Both the position numbers and the translations under genes were made by a program. A stretch of DNA of 64,000 bases. Origin: the human T2T-CHM13v2.0 reference genome, Homo sapiens. Positions within the stretch are counted from its first letter, which is position 1. Every line of letters begins with the position of its first letter. The notes below the pieces were generated by a model. That model was given only the letters and a program-made list of their open reading frames with translations, had not been told where the DNA came from and made no database searches. The stretch is from NCBI RefSeq assembly GCF_009914755.1, contig NC_060932.1, one strand, 5' to 3'. Shown here in pieces: positions 52,439 through 64,000 of the stretch.

Positions 52439-54645
52439 AGAAATTAAATAGTTTGCTTATAAGTAGCACATGTCAAAGGAAAAATTATAATGCAAGTTTA
52501 AAAATATTTGAACCAAAAGAAAATGAAAACAAGTCATAGCAAAGTTTGTTGGTTGCCACGAAAATCATACTTAGATGAAAATTTATAGCTTTAAATGTAA
52601 TTTTTAAAAGGCTAAAATTATCTAGCTATCCATTTAAGATTTTTTTAAAGACAGCAAATAAAAACAGAGAAAAGTAAAAGAGAGGGAAGAATAAGGTAAA
52701 CCACATAAGATGAAGTAGAAAATAGACAAAAATAGAGAGGATTAATAGATCCAAAAGTTACCTTTTAGAAAGGCTACTAAGTTGGAAAATCCTTACTGAG
52801 ACTGAACAAGAAAAAAGTGTACTAGGTACAAATAGTATCATGGTAAAGATGGTATTACTACAAAAACTACAGATATGACACAGGTCATAAGAGGATACTA
52901 TAAGCAGATTACTGCAATAATTTTGAAAAATTTAGATGAAATGGCAAATTCCTTTAAAACTCAACTTAGCAAACTAACACAAGAATAAATTAAAAGCTAC
53001 ATAACCTTATAGCTATTAAGGAAGTTGTATCTATAATTTTTAAATGTCCTACAGGGAAAACGATGAGGCCCCAGATGGCTTAACCAGTGAATTCCTTCAA
53101 ATGTTTATGAAAGAAATAACATAAATGTACAGAAATTTTTCTACAAAAAAAGAAAAGGAGAGAACACTTTCTAACTTACTTCATGAGACTAGTGTGACAT
53201 TGACACCAACTGAAAAGAACATTGCAAAGAAAGAAAATTACAGATTAATTTTCTTAAAGAACATTGGTTTTACAACTCCTCAATAAACTATTAGTAAAAG
53301 AAGAGCAATAATACATAAAATAAAGAATAATATATTGTGTTCAAGTTGGGTTTACCTTTATAATGCAAGGTTGATTCTACATTTAAAAAGCAACATTTTT
53401 ATTTACCAAAATGACATAATAAAAGAGTTAAAAATCAAATTATTATCTCAATAAACATAGAAGTCTATGACAACTTCATTGTCCACTTATGATAAACATT
53501 CATCGCAAACTAGAAATAAAAGGGAAGTTCCTTCTGATAAAGAGTATATAAAAATCAATAGCAAACACAGTACATGAAGATGAAATGTTGAAAGCTTCAC
53601 CTCTGAGATTAAGAAGAAGGCCCTGCTGTCCACTTTCAGCATTTTTATTTGACATTATGCTGGAAATCCTAATGATTGAATAATGCAAAAGAAAAAGAAT
53701 TAAAAATAATAATGATTAGAAAAAAATAAAGCTGCCTATATTCTCAGACATTATTTGTCCATAGAAAATCTAAAAGTATCTACTAACAAACTTAATGAAG
53801 TTACTAGAGATTAAATCAATGTGCAAAATTGATACTATTTTTATACCAGCACCAAATATTTAAAAATACACTAAAAATGTCAAATAGCCAGGAATAAATC
53901 TAATGAAAGATGTGCACATTTCCTAGAATAAAAACTACAGAACATCATAGAGAAAAATTAAAGATGTAAATAAATAGAGGAACATAAGTATACATGGGTT
54001 GGAAGACTCAAGATTGCAAATACACCATTTTCCCCAAAATAATCTGTAGATTCAAAGCCATCACAAACAAAATCTGAATAGAATTGTTTGGAAAAGTTTA
54101 TATGTGTATTCTAAAATTCATTTAGAAATGTAAAGGGCTAAAAATAGCGTCATCTTGAGAAAGAACAGTGGTGGAGGTTTTACCTTACCTCTCAGTTATA
54201 TGGCCTGCTTTAAAGCTATTATAATTAAGACAGTGGAGAAATTGCTTTAAGAATAGATTCACTGATCAGAAACAATCCATACAAATATAGTCACCTGACC
54301 AAGGGGACTCTGCAGGGCATTTGTAAAAAAGGTGGTCTTTTAATAAATAGTCATTGGGCAATTGGATGGCGCCACTTCCCACTATATGCTAAAAAATCCT
54401 TTCCAGATGAATTACAGATCTAAACATAAAATGTAACACAGTAAATGTTTTAGAAGAAAACATCTTTATGGCCTGAAAGTGAGCAAAAACTTGTTCTACA
54501 ACACAAAAATGCTAATAAATGTAAATGGGAAAAAATGATAAATTGAGCTACTTTAATGAAAAACTGTTCAACTAAAGTCACAAATAAGAAAATGAACAAA
54601 GTAGGAGAAAAAGATAACATACATCTAATTTTAAAATAAAATTTA

Positions 54646-54935
54646 GGCTGGGCACAGTGGCTCACGCATATAATCCTAGCACTTTAGAAGAACGAGGCTG
54701 GTTGATCACCTGAGGTCAGGACTTCGAGACAAGACTGGCCAACATGGTAAAACCCTATCCCTACCAAAAATACAAAAATTAGCCAGGAATGTTGGTGGGT
54801 GCCTGTAATCCCAGCTTCTCAGGAGGCTGAGGCAGGATAATCACTTGAACCTGACAGGCAAAGTTTGCAGTGAGCCGAGATCGCACCATTGCACTCCAGG
54901 CTGTGTGACACAGTGAGACTCCATCTCAAAAATAA
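54646..54935 (+). mobile_element. Alu (AluS-like)
   Basis: Full dimeric Alu with TSD-like 'aaaataaaatt'. Confidence 0.95.
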
Positions 54936-56087
54936 AATAAAATTCATACCTCAAGTAGATTAAGAACTTTAAGAAATAAATAAGAAAAAGCAGATGGGAA
55001 AAGTGGACAAAACACTTGAACACATACTTCACAAAAGAAGATAAAAAATTAGGAATAACATATGAAACTTTGCTATACTTCATTAGTCGTAAGAGACATA
55101 CAAAGTAAAACCGCAAAGAAATACTACTACCTACTCAAAAGAATGACTAAAAGTAAAAATTCTGACAATAACAAATGTTGATGAAGGGTATGGAGCCTCA
55201 AGAACTCTCCAACACTGTTAGTGGGAGAGTCAATTAGTACAGGCTTTCTTCATCTAATGATCCCATTACAAACGCTGGAAATGATGCATACCAATATCCA
55301 CCAAATGCATGTAGTAGAATAGTCCTAGCCACACTACAACAGCAAAAAAAAAAAAACATGAATTACCTAAATGACTACCCATCGTTTTAAGGATAAATGA
55401 ATTCTAGTATAGCCACACAATAAAATATTACCTTTGGAAAAGAATTAAAAGTTTATGGGTATATTCAGTAACATAGATGCATCTGGCCAATTCACATCCC
55501 AAGTAGTACATATTGGATAATTCCATTTACGTAGAGGAGAAAAATACTGATTATGAATTATGAACATAAGAAAAATATTAGACGTCAAAAGAGCAGAGAG
55601 GTATGATGAAGGATTCTGGGGTTGTGGTTATATTCTGTTCTTTAACCTATGTGTTGTAATATGGTTGTATTTGATAGTAAAATTTCAGTACACATACACA
55701 TATGTGTACACCAAGATATGGAAATGAATGCTCATGTGCCTTATTCATGAGCCTTAAAGTAGAAATTGCCCAAATATCTATAAACTGCATAATGGCTAAA
55801 AAATTTATATTCAGCAATGAAAAGCAGGGAATAATCTCATGCAACAATGTTGATCAAAGCAATACTTACAGAATAGAACACATATGATGACTTCATTACA
55901 CAAAGTTCAAAAATCATATAAACAGACAAGTCTTCTACCATATTAAAGGTTCGAGTGATGGTTACCTTGGAGGAGGAAGGAGGCTAAGAAATTTAGGCAA
56001 GGGCATAATGGGGTCTTCCAGGAACTAGTAATAGTCAATTTTTCAGCTTAACTGGTGGCCACATAGACGTGTTCATTTGATTGTTCA

Positions 56088-56422
<335 letters not shown>

Positions 56423-56464
56423 TTCGTGCACTTTTTCTTTGTATGTATAGTGTACTTCAGTACT

Positions 56465-56580
56465 TTTTAATTATTTTTAATTGACACAATAGTTATACAT
56501 ATTTATGGGGTACAGTGTGATATTTATACATATCTATACAATGGGTAACAATCAAATCAGGATAATTGGCATATTCATGA
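56465..56580 (-). mobile_element. L1MA 3' terminal fragment
   Basis: 'tttttaattgacac...catatttatggggtacagtgtgatattt...tcaaatcagg'. Confidence 0.75.
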
Positions 56581-57048
56581 TGACTAAGATTTGGCATTGC
56601 AAAAAACTTTAAAAGGAGAGAGAGTACTTGTAGGATTCTGCCTGAAGTTGTGGGGACCTGGCAAATAAAGCCTTCCAATAACATTCTTAGTGTTTGGTTT
56701 GAAAATGAGGACTGGAGTCAGATGGGCCAGATAGGAAGCTATGGCATTACTCTAGATAAAAAAAATTTAAAATCCAACTAGGAGATAGGAATGAGAAGGA
56801 GAAGAGAGATAAAGAAAACTACTGAGATTGAAAACAGATAGAACATAATTGTTTGGACATGGGGAAAAGCAGGAGGAGGAAACCAACGTGACTCCCATTT
56901 TCCAAGTTGATTGAGCTGGTTAGCCTCTTTGAGCCTCAGTTTTCTGGTCTGTAAAATCAATTATCTATAAATATATATAAATATACATTTATTTATATAA
57001 ATATATGTATTTATATATTATATGACTATATATACATATAAAATATAA

Positions 57049-57668
57049 TTATATTTACATAATACATATAAATGTATAGTTATATTTACATAATACATAT
57101 AAATGTATAGTTATATTTACATAATACATATAAATGTATAGTTATATTTACATAATACATATAAATGTATAGTTATATTTACATAATACATATAAATGTA
57201 TAGTTATATTTACATAATACATATAAATGTATAGTTATATTTACATAATACATATAAATGTATAGTTATATTTACATAATACATATAAATGTATAGTTAT
57301 ATTTACATAATACATATAAATGTATAGTTATATTTACATAATACATATAAATGTATAGTTATATTTACATAATACATATAAATGTATAGTTATATTTACA
57401 TAATACATATAAATGTATAGTTATATTTACATAATACATATAAATGTATAGTTATATTTACATAATACATATAAATGTATAGTTATATTTACATAATACA
57501 TATAAATGTATAGTTATATTTACATAATACATATAAATGTATAGTTATATTTACATAATACATATAAATGTATAGTTATATTTACATAATACATATAAAT
57601 GTATAGTTATATTTACATAATACATATAAATGTATAGTTATATTTATATAATACATATAAATGTATAG
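57049..57668. repeat. 31-bp AT-rich minisatellite, 20 copies (TTATATTTACATAATACATATAAATGTATAG)
   Basis: Period of 31 visible directly. Copies are identical except for one C>T in the last. It lies within about 1 kb of AT-rich low-complexity DNA (56960-57940) that ends in (TA)n. Confidence 0.97.
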
Positions 57669-57885
57669 TTATATTTATAATTATATAAATGTATAATTAT
57701 ATTTATAATTATATAAATATGTAAATATATATTATATATAAATATAAATATATATAAATATATAATTATATATAAAATTATATATAAAATTATATATAAA
57801 AAATATATTAAAAATATATAATTATATAAATATATAATTTATATAAATATATAATTTATATAAATATATAATTATATATAAATAT

Positions 57886-58229
<344 letters not shown>

Positions 58230-58351
58230 TAAGACTGCACATGCACATCCCATGGGAAAATCCTGGGCTATAGTAGGCACAGATAGAATACTGTTCCTTT
58301 TTTTCCTCTTTCTGCAAAAATAAAGGACCGTTCAGGAAGTCACTCTGCAAC

Positions 58352-58735
58352 TGATATGGTTTGGCTGTGTCCCCACCCAAATCTCATCTTCAATTGTAGC
58401 TCCCATAATTCCCACATGTTGTGGGAGGGACCCAGTGGGAGATAATTGAATCATGGGGTGGTTTTTCCCATGCTGTTCTCATGTGTGAATAAGTCTCACA
58501 AGATCTGATGGTTTTACAAGGAAACCCCTTTGGCTTGGTTCCCATTTTACAAGGGGAAACCTCTCTGGCTTGGTTTCCATTCTCTGTTGCCATGTAACAG
58601 ATGCCTTTCACCTTCTGCCATGATTGTAAGGCCTCCCCACCCATGTGGAACTGTGAGTCCATTAAACCTCTTTTTCTTTATAAATTACCCAGTCTCGGGT
58701 ATGTCTTTATCAGTGTGTGAGAATGGACTAATATA
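58352..58735 (+). mobile_element. THE1 (C/D-like) solo LTR
   Basis: 'tgatatggtttggctgtgtccccacccaaatctcatctt' with a perfect 5-bp TSD, GCAAC. Internal ~33-bp tandem duplication at about 58512-58581. Confidence 0.92.
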
Positions 58736-60944
58736 GCAACTTTATAGAATTTTCCTTTTGGTCTCTGTTTTACTGAGTAAGGAAACTGAGATAGAGTCAC
58801 TGTTGGTTACATACATCCACTAAGTTTATCGAATTAACTGAAAATATCTCATTAACAAGTTGATACATATAATCATTGTTATTTAAATTGTTTTGTGTAA
58901 AAAAGTATTTAACTTATTGGGCATTCTTACTGCTAAAATGTGTAGTTTTATGCTTGTGATGAAAAAAGGAATTGAGCCAAATTACTTTACTTTCCAATGA
59001 GCCTACACAAGAATTCTGAAATGTATGTACACTGCCATTTTGTTATATCAGCACTTTGTTATCGTCATGGTAAATATGTTAGGATTTAATTGCCAATCCG
59101 TTGATAGAATTTTATACAGCTTTGTTCTGAGGCTCTTATGATCTTATAGAAAATAATTTTTAAACATGCAACTTAGATCCCAAATACATCTTAAAGAAAT
59201 AAAACAGTAAGATTACTGAGAGCTTTGCAAGAAACTGAATCTTCTAAAAAGAGAACATTATTTTAGCAATAACACGGCAATAACATTTCTAATTGTCACT
59301 GCTAAAGAAATAGGAACATCCATAAGTTGCCATTTCTATTCAGATTATACATTAATTGTATCTTGGATGCTTGTAATCTGAAATCATATTACATTTTAAG
59401 GATACGGTCATAGTCTCCCGTGATAAAAACCTCTTGTAGTTTATACATAAATGTTTTTGCGTATGTCTACAGTGAATTTATTATTGTGTAATAAACATAT
59501 GGGGCTGTCGAATAAATCAGTGACTAAATTGTATGCTTTGGAAATGGGTATTATTCTAAAACTTCCAGTTATTTACTCCATGTAAAATGGTCTGAAAATT
59601 TTATCTTCATTAGCTCAAGTTTCTATACACATAAGCTTACTCTCTGATTTTGTTTCTTTTGCATTGAAAAGGAGTTTCCAAACTTGAAAAACTTACATAT
59701 TTTAGAGTCTTTTTAATATTTGTGTTTTTGACCTACCAGCATAAATTGAATATGTTATAAATCTTACAGATATAGAGCCTATATCACCTAAATGTAGTAA
59801 ATAATCAATAACTACTGAATTTAATCTGCATGGGCATGTCTCACTGAAAACCATTCAGAAGTTTATTTTTTAAAGAAGGGGGAAATGCAATAACAAACAT
59901 ATAAAGTATTTCCATAAATATTTTTATACTTAGTTTATTCTTTCTTAAAGTACAAGAAACAGTTAAAACATGTAAAGTAATTCTTTAGATGATGAGCTAG
60001 GCACATGCCTCTAAATTCCTTCCATTCTCATCCCAAATGCCACCAGATGATAAAAAGATGATGCATTGGAATTGAAACTTAAGGAAGGGTGGCCCTCATG
60101 TGCCTTGCATTTAGAAGAATGTCTGCTAGAAATGTGGCACAGATAAAAATTAAAAATTAGGAGGTAGAAATGTGTCAAAGTTAGCTACACAACTCTGTTT
60201 TATGAAAAAGTAAGGTACATTTCTGAGAAGTGATAATATGAGATTCCTGTCTGATTTAGTTCTAAGGACAAAGGTTGGAAGTAAAAAGAGATCATGACAC
60301 AGACCTCATTCCAGAATGCCTTTAGCTACAAGTTATCGACAAAATTAAAAAGCAACACTTCCTGAGGATTAAAATTTTACATAGTTATACGTAGAAAATC
60401 AGGAGGGTAAGCAGGGCTTCTCCAAGAACAGCCAAGATGAGACCTGACAAAAGAGGTATCAGTGATAGGAGAGTGCACAGAAAGCCACGTCATTTATGTA
60501 GCATATGAATCCGGCTCCTGTGATGGGAGGACAATTCTCCACAGATTTCTCATGTTCTACTAAGAAGGACATGTTTAAATGGGAAACAGCCTTAGAAGCT
60601 AGAGAGTAGTGCTTCCCACTGGAGAGACTTAAAGATGGACTTACTGAGTCATCCTAGGATAGTAAAACAGAACCCTCTCCTTTCTCAAAGACATTTGCTT
60701 ATATTCCAGAGTGACAAATCTAGAAATGCCCTTCCCCTCTCCCTTAAAGGAGATTTGTTTACATTCCAGGATACTGAGTATAATCCCTCTGGAGAGAAAA
60801 ACATGCAGATGCTCCGGCAGCCCCATAAAAACTCAGCTTCCCAGTCATACATTTCCTCACCTGGGTTATGTCCAGTCCTCATCACATCACCCTACAGAGC
60901 TTAGAGCGTGGGGATTTGGTACAAGATGCTGTTCTGGCTGCCAT

Positions 60945-61550
60945 ATATTCATATACATTTATATGTGTGTGCATAGATATATGAATGTGCATGTCTGTGT
61001 CTATGTTTATGTGTGTCTATATGTGCATGTGCATGTGTGTGCATATATGTGTGTGTATATACATACACATATATGCACACACATGTATGTACATGTATAT
61101 ACATACACATACATGCATATATATACACATACATACACACATATTTTGTATACACATAAAAACACATATGCATATATAAACATGTAAACATATAGGTAAT
61201 ATATTTATATGTAGACACAACCAGACTCATATTGCTTCAATTACGTTCTTTTTAGCTTTTAAAAATGTTTGTTTGTTGAACTCCATGCTGGTTCTGGCCA
61301 ATGCTATTTCGTGTTGGCATATATACCCAACTTCAAATTTCTTCAAGAAATTTGTCAGAGTAAGCATGAACCAATTGCTCAGTTTTACAGTGACACTGCA
61401 AAACCCAAATTTCCACAGGACAAAAAGGCACAACTATTCAAAACATAAATTTACATGTTTATATATGTGTGTGTGTATATATATATATGCAGAAACATGT
61501 AATATATACACACACATAAACATGTATACACATGTAAATATATATGTATA

Positions 61551-61612
<62 letters not shown>
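60945..61612. repeat. (TA/TG/CA)n low-complexity tract interrupted by a 221-bp insert, ending in (TA)~25
   Basis: Alternating purine-pyrimidine runs at 60945-61215 and 61445-61612. Confidence 0.9.
61218..61438 (-). repeat. Inverted copy of 63267-63487
   Basis: 197/221 identical to the reverse complement, ungapped. The pair shows up as near-identical ORFs 61227..61433(-) and 63272..63478(+). Confidence 0.96.
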
Positions 61613-61613
<1 letters not shown>

Positions 61614-62099
61614 TGGCAAGCTAACTTGTTAGCTTGAAAAGAGAACAAAATACTAGTTCATTCAAACAGTTTCCAACTTAATAGCTCCAAAAGTTTCCAA
61701 CTTAATAGCTTGAAAAGAAGACTGCCTCTTGGCACAACAAATTCGTCAAACACAGAAGAAAATTTAGACAAAATTGAAATTACTACTGAGATTACTTACA
61801 ATTCTGGGTTAACCTTTTTTCTGTCAGATCTCTGAATCACTAAGTTACTAATACAAACAATAAAGAGGACAATTCTAAGGCCATTCAGGTATACATTTTG
61901 AAAACCCACGGTAAACGCATGCACAGTGCATTGCAGAAAATACCACCTTGGGGAAACTCACAGCAAATAGACATGTAGCCTGTGAAAAGTTTCTGAAAAA
62001 TAAAAGGTGACTTAAACATTTATAAGAAAGAGAAAGAACATACTTGCATAAGAAAAGTAACAGGGAATATATTTTGTGCTTTCATGCAAAGTTTATTAA

Positions 62100-62530
62100 A
62101 AATAAAATTTGTAACCAAGATGTGATAAATAGGAGATATGACAAAATATTGAAATGAAAGAATGACCAAAAGTTAAGCAGAAATTACAAGGAAAATTATG
62201 AGGTAAAGAGTGAATGAAAGAAATATAACGAGAGGATTTACCCTAGAGAAAGTTTGAAGGAAAAGTGGGTTATTACACATGAAAAAAAAGAAGAAAAGTA
62301 GGTCATTATATATTTCCCAGAATGCAAAGGAAAATACTTTAAAAATGAAAAAAATGAGAAAAAGAATGAGAGATATGGAAGCAGACAATAGTTATTTGAC
62401 AACGCGGGTCATAGTTACTCCTGAAGAAGGGCTAGTAACAATTGGAACAGAAGAAAAACTATGTAATAGTCAAAAATATTGCTAAGCTGAAGGAAATCCT
62501 GTTTTTACAGATCAAGAGAAATCACTATGA
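62100..62530 (+). mobile_element. Ancient L1/HAL1 ORF1-like fragment
   Basis: A-rich 'aaaatgagaaaaagaatgagagatatggaag...ctcctgaagaag...tttacagatcaagag'. Confidence 0.5.
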
Positions 62531-62669
62531 TACAGTGTATGTTTGAGTTTGCCTGGAAGGTGCTGATTTTTCGCTATCATTTTTATACCAAGGGCTGGAA
62601 AGGAGGGAGGCATCCACCCCAGGTGGCCAGCCATTTTTAAATAAAACATTTTATTAACATTTCTGTGGT

Positions 62670-63085
62670 TGACCTTTCTTTCTGTTCTTTCTTTCTTTCT
62701 TTTTTATTTCTCTATTTCTTTCTTTCCTTTATCCTCCTTTCTCTCTGCTTTCTCCTTCCTCCCTTCCTTCCCTCCTTCCTTCCTTGCTTCCCTCCCTCCC
62801 TCCCTCCCTCCCTCTTTCCTTCCTTCCTTCCCTCCCTCCCTCCTTCCTTCCTTCCTTCCCTCTGTCTTGTCTTTCTCTCTTTCTCTCTGTATTTCTCTCT
62901 TTCTTTCTTTTTTGTTTGAGACAAGGTCTGGCTCTATCGCCCAGCTTGGAGTGCAGTGGTGCAATCACAGCTCACTGCAGCCTTGACTTTCCAGCCTCAA
63001 ACAATCTTCCCGCTTCAGCCTCCTGAGTAGCTGAGAATACAGGCAGGTGTCACTATAACCAGCTAATTTTTTATTTGTAGAGACT
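62670..63085 (-). mobile_element. AluJ/FRAM-like monomer (about 62915-63085) with a ~240-bp (TTTC/TTCC/CCCT)n tail expansion
   Basis: 'ggagtgcagtggtgcaatcacagctcactgcagccttgac' preceded by a near-pure pyrimidine tract. Confidence 0.88.
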
Positions 63086-64000
63086 TGTTAATTTTGTATC
63101 TCTAAAGAACAAATCCGAAAAATAAAATGTGGCATTAGCTGTGTAATTTATTCAATGCCTGAGTTATATCTTTTGTTGACATTTTGGTTTTAATAAAATG
63201 TATATTATATAAGACTGGTAGCAAATGATCGAAATTCAAAATATTGGAAATAAAAACTATTGAATAAATAGTTGTGCTTCGTTTTCCTATGGAAATTTGG
63301 ATTTTGCATTATCACTGTAAAAGTGAGCCATTGGTTCATACTTACTCTGAAAAATTTCTTGAAGAAATTTGAAGTTGGGTACATATGCCAACATGAAATG
63401 GCATTGGCCAGAACCAGCAGGGAGCTCAACCAACAAACATTTTTAAAGGCCAAAAAGGATGTAATTGAAGCAATGTGAGTCTTGTTGGATCTACCTGGAA
63501 AACATGTAAGTTCGTCAACATTACATATATTTAATAAACATTGTGAAGAAATGCAAGCCAGCACATCCAGAGAACAAATACTAGAAATGAAACAAGATTT
63601 CGATGATATAGGGCTGAAAGATAACAAGGAGCCACCTCCTTTTCGTAAGCACTGACCATGAAAAAGAGAAAAGATATCTAAACGTGATCAAATGACAACA
63701 GGATTAAAAATAGTAATAATAATAATAATGAGAGAAGAGAAGAAAGAGACGGTAGGTAAGACTTTTAACCATTTTACTGTTGCATTGTATAAAATCAAAT
63801 TTCAAAATTAAAATGAATAAGCATACTTCAAACAACTAAGCTAAGATAGGCTGACAAATACACATGTACTATCTATTGAACATAAATATGCAAAGAAGAC
63901 ATATCTTAACCAAACTATTGACTTATTTGCAGAAGTCTCAAAAACAGAAATCTCATTGTTACTATTTGTTACTGTAACAGCCAATACCTATACATTGTTC

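Noticed and set aside
57049-57668. Regular ~31-bp palindromic repeats resembling a CRISPR array
   Set aside because: The units are head-to-tail with no unique spacers, there are no cas genes, and the context is primate DNA. It is a minisatellite.
60711-61648. Several ORFs up to 158 aa rich in Y/I/H/T/C/V
   Set aside because: These are translations of (TA/CA/TG)n microsatellite.
62665-63026. Overlapping ORFs rich in F/L/S/P or E/G/R/K
   Set aside because: These are translations of the polypyrimidine tract and an Alu.

Overview
This is AT-rich primate genomic DNA, most likely human or another ape: it carries AluJ/S elements, a young L1PA 3' end, a HERV-W LTR17, MSTA and THE1. It looks intergenic or deep-intronic, and I could not support any protein-coding exon. 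Nearly all ORFs in the track come from Alu, L1, LTR or microsatellite sequence. The window is a mosaic of LINEs (L1M/MB/PB/PA, L2), SINEs, MaLR/ERV LTRs, DNA-transposon fossils and simple repeats. Five things stand out. (1) There are four short (97-221 bp) local duplications, each 0.9-1.8 kb from its partner: three inverted and one direct and 100% identical. Three of them interrupt a microsatellite or an older element, as expected of templated insertions made during break repair. (2) One inverted pair would sequester the 5' splice site of a candidate non-coding exon lying just downstream of a solo HERV-W LTR. (3) An LTR-less retroviral fragment with a gamma-type env (fusion peptide, immunosuppressive domain, CX6CC) sits at the junction of two oppositely oriented L1 pieces whose layout fits twin priming. 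(4) There is a homogeneous 31-bp x20 AT-rich minisatellite. (5) There is a pre-miRNA-like hairpin. Repeat subfamily names come from my recollection of consensus sequences, not from a search. Boundaries without a stated target-site duplication (TSD) are approximate, and identities are hand counts.
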